A stretch of DNA of 64,000 nucleotides from Polyangiales bacterium. Lineage in GTDB: Bacteria; Myxococcota_A; Polyangia; Polyangiales; Ga0077539. Numbering within the stretch: position 1 is the first letter of the stretch; the number at the start of each line of letters is the position of its first letter. The stretch lies in assembly GCA_044229975.1 (NCBI GenBank), contig JBGARZ010000003.1, forward strand, positions 576,001-640,000, written 5' to 3'. A program made the position numbers and the translations under genes. Below the pieces are notes generated by a model. That model ran no database searches. It had not been told where the DNA came from and saw nothing but the letters and a program-made list of their open reading frames with translations. Below are positions 1-11,591 of the stretch, piece after piece.

Positions 1-233
1 GTCTCCACCGCGTGGAGGAAGCGCTCCATGGACTCGTAGCCCACCGCCCGCGCCGCGCCCTTCAGGCTGTGCACCGCGCGAAACACCTCCGCCGCCGCGG
101 CCCGCTTCGCCTCACCGGCCTCCCCCTCCCGGGCGAGCGCGAGCGACGCGCGCTCGATGTTGACCAGGTGGTCGTCCACCTCGTCGCGGAAGACCGCGCG
201 CAGCTCGGCGAGGATGTCGTCGCTCTCGGCCAC
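1..233 (-). CDS. cheA: Chemotaxis histidine kinase CheA, N-terminal Hpt domain (runs off the window edge)
   Basis: Manual translation from GTG at 233: MAESDDILAELRAVFRDEVDDHL...EVFRAVHSLKGAARAVG. HSLKG is the Hpt phosphoacceptor motif; lies directly downstream of the MCP. Confidence 0.88.
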   Translation of the reverse strand, partial: MAESDDILAELRAVFRDEVDDHLVNIERASLALAREGEAGEAKRAAAAEVFRAVHSLKGAARAVGYESMERFLHAVE

Positions 234-243
234 CTCGGCCTCG

Positions 244-2015
<1,772 letters not shown>

Positions 2016-2019
<4 letters not shown>

Positions 2020-2621
2020 CGGGGTGGGGGCTCTTCCTGGCGGGTGCGCCGCGTCGCGATGGGCCGCGCCGACGCCTCACGGGGGATGGGAATCTCGACG
2101 ATCAACCGCGGCGAGGCGAGCAGCGCGTCGTGGTCGATGAAGGGAATGCCGCGCGCATCGACGCCGCGAAGCAGCGCGCGCACCGACGGGGCGACGTCTT
2201 CGGGCGGCGGCCGCAGCGTCTCCGGGTCGACGGCCCCGAGGTGCTCGACGGCGTCGACCACCAGCGCGACGGCTTCGGCGCCTTCGCCCATCAGCACCAC
2301 GCGCCCGTACTCGGGCAGCGCTCCGAGGGGCAGGCCCAGCACCACCCGGAGGTGAAACGCCGGGACGATCTCGCCGCCGCGCGCGATGAGCCCCGCGACC
2401 GAGGCAGGCGCGTGCGGAAGCGCCGTGAGCTTCGTGAGGGCCGCGACGGCGCGCACGGCGTAGGCCGCGATGGCGTATCGCTCACCGGCCACGCGCAACC
2501 CGAGCGCATCGTGGTGATCGGAGCGGGTGACGCGCGCGGGCTGCGACGCAACCGCGCGGGTGCGGGCGTCGAGCAGAGCGCGGGTGGCGTCATCCCAGGG
2601 TTGGTCGCGGTCGGCGGTCAC
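2016..2621 (-). CDS. cheW: CheW-like coupling protein
   Basis: GERYAI...[32 protein letters not shown]...ALVVDAV; operon context. Confidence 0.85.
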
Positions 2622-2627
2622 GCGCGA

Positions 2628-3986
2628 TCACCCACCCTGTCGACGGGCAGGCGGCGCTTCGCCCAGCGAGCGGGCCATGCGGTCGCAGAGCGTGATGAGC
2701 CCTTCGCGGCTCTGTCCCTCGCTATGCGGCACCGGCCGGTCGTCGCCTGCGCGAAGCAGGCCGCGCGCGTTGCGGAGGGCGCGCCGAGCGGTGTCGGAGT
2801 CGCCGAGGCGGGCGTGCGCTGCGGCCGAGAGCACGTGGGCGAAGGCCAGCGATCGGTCGAGAAACACCGCGCGATCGGCGTCCAGGCTCGCACCGCGGTC
2901 GTCACCAGCAGCCTGTCGAACGGTCGATCGCAGGAGGTAGAGGGCGGGGTTGAGTCCGTCGAGCACCACGGCCTTATTGAGCAACCGGGTCGCACCCGCC
3001 AGATCCCCCGTGTCGGCGAGTGATCGGGCGGCCGCGACGACGTCGTCTTGTTCGACCGCCTCGACCGCCGCGGGCACAGGGCGACGGGGCGGTGACGGCG
3101 CGGGCACTGCGGGGAGGGCGACGACGGGCGGCGGTGCGGCGGCGAGCGGCTTCTCCGCGGAGGTGCGTCGGTAGACGAGCGGCCCTCGGACCGCGGCGAC
3201 GAGCCCAAGCCCCGTGGGCAGCAACGGATCAGACGGCCCCGGCACCAGCCACGCTCCGTCGACGAGCGAGCGGGCGATGGAGGCGGCCACGCGGCCGACG
3301 GTCTCCAGATCGAAGTAGATCGCGACGTTGCGGCAGAGCACCACATCGACGCCTCGCGGCCACCGCTCCGACGAACCGTCGAGGAGGTTGAGCGGCGCGA
3401 AGCGCACCGAGCGACGCAGCGCGGGCACCACGCTCCACCGGTCGCCGTCGGGGCGAAACCAGCGTTCTCTGCGGGCCGCGTCGACGCCGCGAAAGGACCA
3501 CTGCCCATATCGCCCGCGCCGGGCCCGCTCGATGAACCTCGGGTTGAGGTCGGTGCCGATCACCTCGATGCGCTCGGCGTGTTCGCTGCCCAGCGCTTCG
3601 TGGGCGACGATGGCGAGCGACCACGCCTCCTCGCCGGTCGAGCATCCTGCCGACCACAGCCGCACGGTCCCACCGCGCGCGAGCGCCTCGGGGATGGCCA
3701 CGTCCCTGACGAACGCGAAGTGCCCGTCGTCCCGGAAGAGGTACGTCTCGCCGACGGTGAGCTCCTCGGCCAACGCTTCGATGGCCTCGGCGTCGCCTCC
3801 CATCAGCCGACGCAGGAGACCGTCCGCGTCGCGCTCACCGAGCCGCGCTGCGGCGGCGATGATCCCCCGGTCGAGCGCGCCCGCCCGGCTCGGCGGAAAC
3901 ACCAGGCCCACGGCATCGCGTACGGCCCCCGCCAGCGCCTCGCGAACCTCCGCCGTCAGCACCACGTCCGACGGCGCGATCTTCAC
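2628..3986 (-). CDS. cheR: CheR methyltransferase with C-terminal TPR region
   Basis: LTVGETYLFRD, LWSAGCSTGEE, GTDLN, LCRNVAIYF motifs; helical TPR-like tail. Confidence 0.93.
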   Translation of the reverse strand: MKIAPSDVVLTAEVREALAGAVRDAVGLVFPPSRAGALDRGIIAAAARLGERDADGLLRRLMGGDAEAIEALAEELTVGETYLFRDDGHFAFVRDVAIPEALARGGTVRLWSAGCSTGEEAWSLAIVAHEALGSEHAERIEVIGTDLNPRFIERARRGRYGQWSFRGVDAARRERWFRPDGDRWSVVPALRRSVRFAPLNLLDGSSERWPRGVDVVLCRNVAIYFDLETVGRVAASIARSLVDGAWLVPGPSDPLLPTGLGLVAAVRGPLVYRRTSAEKPLAAAPPPVVALPAVPAPSPPRRPVPAAVEAVEQDDVVAAARSLADTGDLAGATRLLNKAVVLDGLNPALYLLRSTVRQAAGDDRGASLDADRAVFLDRSLAFAHVLSAAAHARLGDSDTARRALRNARGLLRAGDDRPVPHSEGQSREGLITLCDRMARSLGEAPPARRQGG

Positions 3987-4444
3987 GGGGCCGACGCCAT
4001 CTGCTGGAGACCGCGGTCGACGGACTCCTCTTCGTCGAGGGACAGCACCGCGTCGAGGTCTTCGATGAGCAGCAGCCCGTCGTCAAGCGCCACCACGCCG
4101 CGCACATGCCGCGACGGAATCATCGGCACCTGCACCGCCTCGGGCGCGAGCTCACGCAGGTCGGACACCCGGTCGACGACGAGGGCGAGCACACGCCGCG
4201 CGCCCCGCACCACCAGCAGGTGGTCGTCCGTCGAGGGTGCCTTCGGGCAGTGCCCGAGGCGCGGTCGCAGATCGACGGCGACGGTCACCGACCCGCGGTA
4301 ATTGAACACCCCGACGACCACCTCCGCGGCCCCCGGCAGCGGCGTCACCCAGATGCGCGGAACCACCTCGATCACCCGCTCGACGGGCACCGCGTAGCGC
4401 GCGTCCGCCAACTGAAACTCCAGCACCTGCATCGCACCCATCAT
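3983..4444 (-). CDS. cheW: CheW coupling protein
   Basis: RYAVPVERVIEVV...TPLPGA...GVFNYRGSVTVAVDLR...ALVVDRV. Confidence 0.9.
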   Translation of the reverse strand: MMGAMQVLEFQLADARYAVPVERVIEVVPRIWVTPLPGAAEVVVGVFNYRGSVTVAVDLRPRLGHCPKAPSTDDHLLVVRGARRVLALVVDRVSDLRELAPEAVQVPMIPSRHVRGVVALDDGLLLIEDLDAVLSLDEEESVDRGLQQMASAP

Positions 4445-4467
4445 AGGCGATGCTCACTCCAACGCGC

Positions 4468-5505
4468 TCACGCCGACGGTTTGCTGTCGGGCGCGAGACA
4501 AGCGTCGAAGCCCTCCTGCACCTGTCGCAGGAAGCCGTCGTCGACGTCACGGAAGATGAGCACCGCGCGGCAGCCGTGGTCCTCGTCGGGCCACGCGTCG
4601 AGGATCACCGACGGATACACCACGTGCTGCACCGCGTGGACGATGACGGGCCCCGGCTCGCCCTGCACCCGCAGCATCGCCTTGCAGCGCAGCAGCTTCT
4701 CTCCGTTGAACTGCGTCAGCAGCGACAGCCACATGGAAAACGCCGTCCACCGCACCGTGCGCGCCCGCACCAGCGCGAGCGTTCGCACCCGCGTGTGGCG
4801 CGGGGCGGCGGCCACCACCCAGCGACCGTTCTCCGCGGGCGACGCCGCGATCATCCCCCGCACCCGCTCGCCCGGGAGGTCGGCCGAGAGCCTCCCTCGG
4901 AGTCGCTCCGGGTCGACCGCCCCATGACTGGCGACGTCCACGGTGGCCGCGGGGTTGAGGGCCTGGAGGCGCTCGACGAGGGCGGCCGTAGCGACCGGCC
5001 CCGCGAGCTCGGACTTGGTCACCACGAAGTGATCGGCCGCCACCGCCTGCTGGAGCGCCTCGTGGTGCTCTTCGAGCTGCCCCGCCCCGTGGGTGGCGTC
5101 GACGACGGTGACCACGCCGTCGAGCTCGAAGCGCGCGAAGAGGCGGTCGTCCCCGGTGATCGTCGCGAGCACGGGCCCCGGATCGGCGAGCCCGGTGGTC
5201 TCGACCATCACCCGCGCAAACGGCGGAATCTCCCGGGCGGTACGGCGTCGATCGAGGTCGAGGAGGGTCTCGACGAGGTCGCCGAGGACGGTGCAGCACA
5301 CGCACCCGCCGCCCAGCACCATCACCCGGTCGTCGACCTTGCGAACGAGCAGGTGGTCGAGCGCGACGGCGCCGAGCTCGTTGATGACGACGGCCGTGTC
5401 GGACAGCTCCGGCCGGCCGATGAGGCTGTTGAGCAGCGTGGTCTTGCCCGCGCCCAGAAACCCGGTGAGCACCATCACGGGCAGTCGCGGTCGGTTGGGC
5501 AGCAT
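4468..5505 (-). CDS. CobW/COG0523-family G3E metallochaperone GTPase
   Basis: LTGFLGAGKTT, INELG, GCVCC, ETTGLADP, and C-terminal LLRCKA..HAVQH. Confidence 0.92.
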   Translation of the reverse strand: MLPNRPRLPVMVLTGFLGAGKTTLLNSLIGRPELSDTAVVINELGAVALDHLLVRKVDDRVMVLGGGCVCCTVLGDLVETLLDLDRRRTAREIPPFARVMVETTGLADPGPVLATITGDDRLFARFELDGVVTVVDATHGAGQLEEHHEALQQAVAADHFVVTKSELAGPVATAALVERLQALNPAATVDVASHGAVDPERLRGRLSADLPGERVRGMIAASPAENGRWVVAAAPRHTRVRTLALVRARTVRWTAFSMWLSLLTQFNGEKLLRCKAMLRVQGEPGPVIVHAVQHVVYPSVILDAWPDEDHGCRAVLIFRDVDDGFLRQVQEGFDACLAPDSKPSA

Positions 5506-5566
5506 GGGCGCGGGACTCTACGCCGGTTGCGGTCGTTGGCGATCGCCCCGTAGATTGCGCCACCCG

Positions 5567-6712
5567 ATGCGCGCGCGACACCTCCTGCCCCTGAGCGCGC
5601 TGCTGACCATCGCGTCGTGCGGCGGCCCGACGGAGCACATCGACCAGGTGGTCAGCGAGGCCGTGGTCTGCGGCCGTGGCCCGACGGTGGAGGGCATCGA
5701 CGTCTCGCAGTACCAGGCGACGGTCAACTGGCCGATGGTGCGCGCGGCGGGCAAGCGCTTCGCCATCGCGCGCATCCTGCACTGGCCCACGCGCGACACG
5801 CAGTTTGAGCGCAACTGGCGGGAGATCCGCGCCAACGGGCTCATCCGCGGCGCGTACATCTACTTCGATCCGCGCTACGAGGTCGCCGCGCAGGCCGACA
5901 TCGTCGTGCGCGCGGTGGGCCGCCTCGGCGAGGGCGACCTCCCGGTGACCCTCGACATCGAGCAGCCCAACCCAGGGCTTCCGACGCCCGCGCGGTACGT
6001 CGCGATGATCCGCGACCTCGCGGCGCGCGTGGAGGCGGGCACCGGCCGCGCCCCGATGATCTACACGGGCCGCTACTACTGGCCCAACTACGTTCAGTCG
6101 ACGGAGTTTCGCGACCTGCCGCTGTGGCACGCGCAGTACACGACGACACAGCCGTGCCCGTACATCGCCGACGCGTGGCGCGACTGGGCGTTCTGGCAGT
6201 ACTCGTCGACGGGGCGCGTCAGCGGCATCACGGGCAACGTCGACCTCGACCGCTTCAACGGCAGCTACGCCGACCTCCAGCGCCTCGCGGGCGTCGGGGC
6301 CGTGGACGCCGGAACGCCCCGCGACGCCGCCGTCCCGAGAGACGTCCCGACGGCGAGAGACGTCCCCGCAACGCGCGACGCCATGGCCACCGATGGTGCT
6401 GGGTCGCGCCTCGACGCGGTGGCCGCCGACGTCCGTGTGGCCACCGATGTCACGCTCGACGCCCCCGACGCTTCGTCCCCCGACGTTCCATCGGAGCCCG
6501 ACGATGTCGTCCTCCCGGCGCCCGACGTGAGCGCGCCGGACGTGCCCGATGAGACCGACCTCGGCGTCGAAGCGCCCGCCCCTCCCGCGGGATGCGGTTG
6601 CCACGTTGGAGCGATCGACCACGGCTCGCCCATCGCTCTCTCGATCGCGGCGCTCTTCTTCACCCTTCGGCGACGCCGACCGTCCCGCAGCACCCCACCA
6701 CACGGAGCCTGA
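5567..6712 (+). CDS. GH25 muramidase (lysozyme) with N-terminal lipobox and C-terminal MYXO-CTERM-like tail
   Basis: GIDVSQYQ, LDIE, WAFWQYSSTG..GITGNVDLD; LLTIASC lipobox; GCGC-hydrophobic-RRRR tail. Start chosen at ATG 5567. Confidence 0.9.
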   Translation: MRARHLLPLSALLTIASCGGPTEHIDQVVSEAVVCGRGPTVEGIDVSQYQATVNWPMVRAAGKRFAIARILHWPTRDTQFERNWREIRANGLIRGAYIYFDPRYEVAAQADIVVRAVGRLGEGDLPVTLDIEQPNPGLPTPARYVAMIRDLAARVEAGTGRAPMIYTGRYYWPNYVQSTEFRDLPLWHAQYTTTQPCPYIADAWRDWAFWQYSSTGRVSGITGNVDLDRFNGSYADLQRLAGVGAVDAGTPRDAAVPRDVPTARDVPATRDAMATDGAGSRLDAVAADVRVATDVTLDAPDASSPDVPSEPDDVVLPAPDVSAPDVPDETDLGVEAPAPPAGCGCHVGAIDHGSPIALSIAALFFTLRRRRPSRSTPPHGA

Positions 6713-6719
6713 GACCCTT

Positions 6720-7535
6720 ATGAGCCTTCGAGGAAAGACCCTGTTCATCACGGGCGCGAGCCGCGGCATCGGCCTCGCCATCGCGAAGCGCGCCGCGCAG
6801 GACGGCGCCAACATCACCATCGCCGCCAAGACCACCGAGGCCCACCCGAAGCTCCCGGGAACCATCTACACCGCCGCCGCCGAGATCGAGGCCGCGGGCG
6901 GCAAGGCCCTGCCGCTGGTGGTCGACGTGCGCTCGGACGAGAGCGTGCTCGCGGCGGTGGCGAAGACCGTCGAGACCTTCGGCGGCATCGACATCCTCGT
7001 GAACAACGCCAGCGCCATCAGCCTCACCGGCACGCTCGAGACGCCGATGAAGCGCTACGATCTGATGCACCAGATCAACCTGCGCGGAACCTACCTCTGC
7101 TCGCAGGCGTGCCTCCCTCACCTGCTCAAGGCCGCCAACCCGCACGTCCTCAACCTCTCGCCGCCGCTCAACATGGAGGCGCGTTGGTTCTCCGGGCACG
7201 TCGCGTACACGATGGCGAAGTTCGGCATGAGCATGTGCGTGCTGGGGATGGCCGAGGAGTTCGCCGGTCGCGTTGCCTTCAACGCGCTCTGGCCCCGCAC
7301 CGCCATCGCGACGGCCGCCGTGCAGAACCTCCTCGGCGGCGACGACGCCATCGCGGGCTGCCGCACCGTCGACATCATGTCCGACGTCGCCTACGAGATC
7401 TTCCAGCGCCCCGCCGCGAAGTTCAGCGGCAACTTCGTCATCGACGAGGACTTCCTCCGCGCGATGGGCGTCACCGACTTCGAGAAGTACGCTGTCACCC
7501 CTGGGGCGCCGCTGGTCCCCGACTTCTTCGTCTGA
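6720..7535 (+). CDS. Short-chain dehydrogenase/reductase (HSDL2-like)
   Basis: TGASRGIG, AAKT..HPKLPGTI, VNNASAI, YTMAK, NALWPRT. Confidence 0.92.
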   Translation: MSLRGKTLFITGASRGIGLAIAKRAAQDGANITIAAKTTEAHPKLPGTIYTAAAEIEAAGGKALPLVVDVRSDESVLAAVAKTVETFGGIDILVNNASAISLTGTLETPMKRYDLMHQINLRGTYLCSQACLPHLLKAANPHVLNLSPPLNMEARWFSGHVAYTMAKFGMSMCVLGMAEEFAGRVAFNALWPRTAIATAAVQNLLGGDDAIAGCRTVDIMSDVAYEIFQRPAAKFSGNFVIDEDFLRAMGVTDFEKYAVTPGAPLVPDFFV

Positions 7536-9006
7536 TCTCCGCGGCCACCGCGCCGACCTTCTCCCGCAATCCCCGCCGCCTCCGCTCGACGCCTTCGCTG
7601 CGCTCCGGGCGCAGCGCCATCACGCCCACGCCACCGCCCTCCGCCGCCGCGTGCTCGACGGCCTCCGCGTCGCCGCACGGCATCAGCGCCCACGCGCCCA
7701 CGCACCCGGCGATGGCGTCGCGGTACGCGTGCATCTTCTCGACGGAGCCCGGAACGTCCGCGCGAAACTTCGCATCGAACACCAGGCGCGCCCCGCCAAC
7801 CTCCAGCACCAGGTCGGGCCGATACGCGAGCCCGTACGACGGAACCACCCGTCGATCAGGCTGGCTCCACAACCACGCCTTGCTGCCATCGATGGAGCAC
7901 TCGGCGCGGCCACCCGGCGTGACCGTCGCGGCGAGACCCAGCGCGCGCGAGACCTCCATCGCGCACCAGCGTTCGTAGAGCAGCGCGGAGTCATCGAGGG
8001 CGAGTCGCACCGCGGGGTCATACGGGTCCGTGGCGACGGCGAGTCCCTCCAGCCAACGGCGCATCGCCGACAGCTCGCGGTAGCCGGGGTGACGCGACCC
8101 GGCGAGCGTCGAAGCCGCGCCCGCCGAAGGCAGATCACGAAACCCGACACGACCCGCGAGCGCCATCACCTCGGCGAGCGCATCGGCGAGCGCGGGCGTC
8201 GGATCGGGATCGGTCATCACCGACGACACCAGGCGCAGCAGCGATGCGACCGCGCGGTTTTCGGGCGTGTCGACGGAGAGCCCGGGCTCGTCGGCGCGGA
8301 TGAGCACCCGCGACGGATCATCACCACGAGCGAACGCGGGGTTCGACACGAGCTCCTCGACGCGCACCCGACGCGCATCGGCCCATGGGATCACCCTTCG
8401 CACCGCTGCCACGCTTCGCAGCGGAGCGTGCGCCGCGAGCGCCAGCGCCCGATGCAACGTCGAAGAGCGCAGCAGCCACGCCACCAACACCCGCAACGCA
8501 GCCCCGCGATCACGACAATGAACGAGCGCGGTCTCCGACGGGCCATCGTCCGCGAGGGCGAGCGCGAAGGACTCCGCGAGCAGATCATCGATCATCACGC
8601 GGTGAGCGTCACGACCGCGCAGCAGCGGGCTCTCCACGTGGAGCGCGAGGCGGGCCGAGCGATCCCCACGACGCAGCGCGAGCCACGACTCGCCGATGCG
8701 CCCGGCGAAGGAGACGAGCGCGGCGTCCGACTCCCATCGCGTCACGGTCACGCCATCGGGCACCTCGATCTCACACCCCGCGTCGGCGCTCACCCGCAAC
8801 GTGGCGCGGTCGTCCACCATCAGCGCCGCGAGCCCCTCGCGTGGCGCATCGGGGCACCACCGCATAGCGCTCGCCCCCATCGCGAAGTCCCCATCGAGCT
8901 CTCCTGTCAGCGCCACCCTCTCCGCTGTCCGCGGCGCTGATGTCGCGAGCGAGAGCCCGCCGAGCTCAGAGCGCCACCACACCTTCGCCAGCGCGCGCTC
9001 GTCCAC
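7495..9006 (-). CDS. DUF2357 + PD-(D/E)XK nuclease-domain protein (McrC-like)
   Basis: SVDTPENR, LYERWC, YRPDLVL...VFDAKFR, KMHAYRDAI motifs. Confidence 0.8.
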   Translation of the reverse strand: MDERALAKVWWRSELGGLSLATSAPRTAERVALTGELDGDFAMGASAMRWCPDAPREGLAALMVDDRATLRVSADAGCEIEVPDGVTVTRWESDAALVSFAGRIGESWLALRRGDRSARLALHVESPLLRGRDAHRVMIDDLLAESFALALADDGPSETALVHCRDRGAALRVLVAWLLRSSTLHRALALAAHAPLRSVAAVRRVIPWADARRVRVEELVSNPAFARGDDPSRVLIRADEPGLSVDTPENRAVASLLRLVSSVMTDPDPTPALADALAEVMALAGRVGFRDLPSAGAASTLAGSRHPGYRELSAMRRWLEGLAVATDPYDPAVRLALDDSALLYERWCAMEVSRALGLAATVTPGGRAECSIDGSKAWLWSQPDRRVVPSYGLAYRPDLVLEVGGARLVFDAKFRADVPGSVEKMHAYRDAIAGCVGAWALMPCGDAEAVEHAAAEGGGVGVMALRPERSEGVERRRRGLREKVGAVAAEIRRRSRGPAAPQG

Positions 9007-9052
9007 GACGCATCACCGTATCGCGGAACGTGACCCGTCGTAGTCTCCGCGC

Positions 9053-9637
9053 ATGCTCCTCCAGGGACGTTCGGTGACGGTGTATCTCGGCGCGGCGGAC
9101 GGTAGCTCTCCTCGCTACCTCGAAGCGGCCACCGAGCTCGGCCGCCTGCTCGCCGAGCACGGCGCCACGCTCGTCTACGGCGGCGCCTCGGTCGGAACCA
9201 TGGGCGCCCTCGCCAACGGCGCCCTCACCGCGGGCGGTCGCGTCACGGGCGTCATTCCCCGCTCGCTGCAAGACCGCGAGCTCGCGCACGGTTCGCTCAC
9301 CGAGTCGCTCGTGGTGGAGACGATGCACGTCCGCAAGCTGGCGATGATCGACCGCGCCGACGCCTTCGTCGCGCTCCCCGGCGGCTACGGAACCTGGGAA
9401 GAAGTGCTGGAAGTGCTCACCTGGAAGCAGATCGGCTTGCACCAGAAGCCCGTGGTGCTGATGAACCTCAACGGCTTCTACGACCCGCTGCTCGCGATGA
9501 TCGACCGCGCCGTGACTGAGGGCTTCATCCGCCCTCACCTGCGCGACTACGTGCTGCTGGCCCACGACCCGATGGGCGTGATCGCGACGCTGGAGGCGTA
9601 CGAGCCCCCAGCGGCGACCGTCGACCGCTGGGCGTAG
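9053..9637 (+). CDS. LOG-family nucleotide phosphoribohydrolase (TIGR00730-like)
   Basis: LVYGG..G.MG, MHVRK, PGGYGTWEE, WKQIGLHQKP. Confidence 0.93.
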   Translation: MLLQGRSVTVYLGAADGSSPRYLEAATELGRLLAEHGATLVYGGASVGTMGALANGALTAGGRVTGVIPRSLQDRELAHGSLTESLVVETMHVRKLAMIDRADAFVALPGGYGTWEEVLEVLTWKQIGLHQKPVVLMNLNGFYDPLLAMIDRAVTEGFIRPHLRDYVLLAHDPMGVIATLEAYEPPAATVDRWA

Positions 9638-9638
9638 T

Positions 9639-11054
9639 TCAGCTCCCGGTCTTGCGGCGCGCGGGAGTCGCCGCGGGCTTCGAGCGCACGACACCGGGGC
9701 CCACCCGAACGGCGTTGGGCAGCGGCGCGTTGGGCGACTTCGCGATGGCCTCGATGAGGGCCGCGGGGTCGCTCCACCGCGGCTGCGGCAGCGAGCGCCC
9801 CGGCTTGTGGAACATCAGCACCCGGTCGACCTTGGTGGCCTCTCCGCGGTGCGCGAGCCCCCAGATCTTGGACACCTTGCCGAGCTGATTGACGTCGTCG
9901 GTCACCGCCGCGCCGAGCACCAGCGGAACCTCGTCCTTCATCGACTCCCACGCTTCGAGCGCGAGGGTTCGGGAGCCGTGTTCCTTGTTGCGGACGTCGC
10001 CGATGGTGACGGCGCAGACGCCGTCGTCGCGCAGCACCCGCGCGCACTCGGTGAGCACGGTCTTGAGGAAGCCGCAGTAGCCCTTGAAGCGCATGCGATC
10101 ACTGAGCGCGAGGCGACGGTCGGTGGCCTCGACGCGGAGCGAGCGATCGACGTCGGACACCGACTCGCCGAGGAGCCACAGCCTGATCCAGTTGAACTTC
10201 CCGTAGCGCACGACGTTGAGGTACGGCGGCGACGTGACGATGAGCTTCGCGCTGCCGGGCTCGACGATGGCGGAGAGCCTGCGAGCGTCGCCGCGCAGCG
10301 CCTGTCCGCGCTGGGCGGGCACCCCTTCGGCGAACTCGAAGTGCATCCGCAGACGGAGCTTCTCGAAGGCATCGAAGGGCGGCCGCACGAGCTTCTTCTC
10401 GGCGATGTACCGGGCGAGGTAGCCGGGCGACATGCTGAAGGTGTTGGGCATCGACACGCTGAGGCAGCGCGAGCTGACGACGTCGCGGGTGTGGTTGCCA
10501 TGGAGGATGCCGGCGAGGGACGCGAGCAGGAAGCGGTCGGTGCGATCGCGCGGGTCGAGGCACGCCTTCATGTGGAGCATCTGTGGGAGCGTGACCGTCT
10601 CCTCGAAGAGCATGCGGATCTCCGGCGGCGCACGATCGCCCACCGGCGCCGGGACGTACGAGCGCTGGAGCTCATCGAGGCGACGCAGTGTGTCTTCGAG
10701 GCACGGCGGATCGAGCTTTACGGCCGTGAGCATCGACGCGAGCGGGTTGAGGTCGACGCCGATGCCGGTGCGCCCGGCGAGGCACGCTTCGAGCGGCGCG
10801 GTGCCGCGACCCGAGAAGGGGTCGAGCACCGTGTCGCCGGGCTCGGTGAGCTGCTCGATGAGGTAGCGCGGTAGTCCGGGGGGGAAGCTCCCCATGTACG
10901 AACAGAGCGAGTGGAAGACGTGACCGTAGCGGCGACCGAGGCCCTTCCACCACGGCGCGAGCCACGGCGCCTGCACCTCCCCGCTCAGCGAAGGAAACAC
11001 AGACGAGTCGAGCTCGTCGGAGGGTTGAACCGGTAGGAGCTCCAGGGTCTGCAC
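9639..11054 (-). CDS. DNA amino-methyltransferase (probably N4-cytosine); start uncertain
   Basis: HSLCSYMGSFPP, SAM-binding LDPFSGRGT, catalytic TSPPY. GTG 11054 chosen as start; the upstream part of the long ORF is antisense shadow. Confidence 0.85.
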   Translation of the reverse strand: MQTLELLPVQPSDELDSSVFPSLSGEVQAPWLAPWWKGLGRRYGHVFHSLCSYMGSFPPGLPRYLIEQLTEPGDTVLDPFSGRGTAPLEACLAGRTGIGVDLNPLASMLTAVKLDPPCLEDTLRRLDELQRSYVPAPVGDRAPPEIRMLFEETVTLPQMLHMKACLDPRDRTDRFLLASLAGILHGNHTRDVVSSRCLSVSMPNTFSMSPGYLARYIAEKKLVRPPFDAFEKLRLRMHFEFAEGVPAQRGQALRGDARRLSAIVEPGSAKLIVTSPPYLNVVRYGKFNWIRLWLLGESVSDVDRSLRVEATDRRLALSDRMRFKGYCGFLKTVLTECARVLRDDGVCAVTIGDVRNKEHGSRTLALEAWESMKDEVPLVLGAAVTDDVNQLGKVSKIWGLAHRGEATKVDRVLMFHKPGRSLPQPRWSDPAALIEAIAKSPNAPLPNAVRVGPGVVRSKPAATPARRKTGS

Positions 11055-11138
11055 CTCCGAGGGAATGCCCTGTCGAGAGGGTGCGACGCAAGAGTTTCGA
11101 GCCGATCGTCGCGGTGCCACTATCGCGCGAGGCGATTG

Positions 11139-11591
11139 ATGACCCGAGCCGAGGCCACGCGATCGATGCTGCTGGCGCTGTTGCTCGCCGCGGAGGCGGT
11201 CATCGCGCTCGCCCGGGTCCGCACCGACCGGGCCGCACCCGTCTCGGGGCGCTTCTCGTGGAGCATGTTCGGCGGGCCCATCACCGGGCGCTGTCACCAC
11301 TCGCTCACCGCCCACGACGCGCTCGGCCACCCGGTCGCCGTCCCGTTGCCGCGCGACAACCCCGCGTTGCGCGCAGTTCTCCTGGCCGACGTCCCGACCC
11401 GCTTCGCCGCGGTGGTGCCGTGGTTCGCGCCCTATGCCGACAGCGACGCCGACGTCTCCCGCTCGCTCGACGACCTGCTCGGTCGCTACCACCGCGCAAG
11501 CGCCCCCAGGCTGGACCTCACCAGTCAACTCCGCTGCAACAGCCCGGGCGCTCGCCCCTTCGCCCGCACCGCGCGATGGCCGGCGCGCTGA
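11139..11591 (+). CDS. Small membrane-anchored protein, probable HTTM partner
   Basis: N-terminal TM followed by RFSWSMF; overlaps the start of the HTTM gene. Confidence 0.6.
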   Translation: MTRAEATRSMLLALLLAAEAVIALARVRTDRAAPVSGRFSWSMFGGPITGRCHHSLTAHDALGHPVAVPLPRDNPALRAVLLADVPTRFAAVVPWFAPYADSDADVSRSLDDLLGRYHRASAPRLDLTSQLRCNSPGARPFARTARWPAR

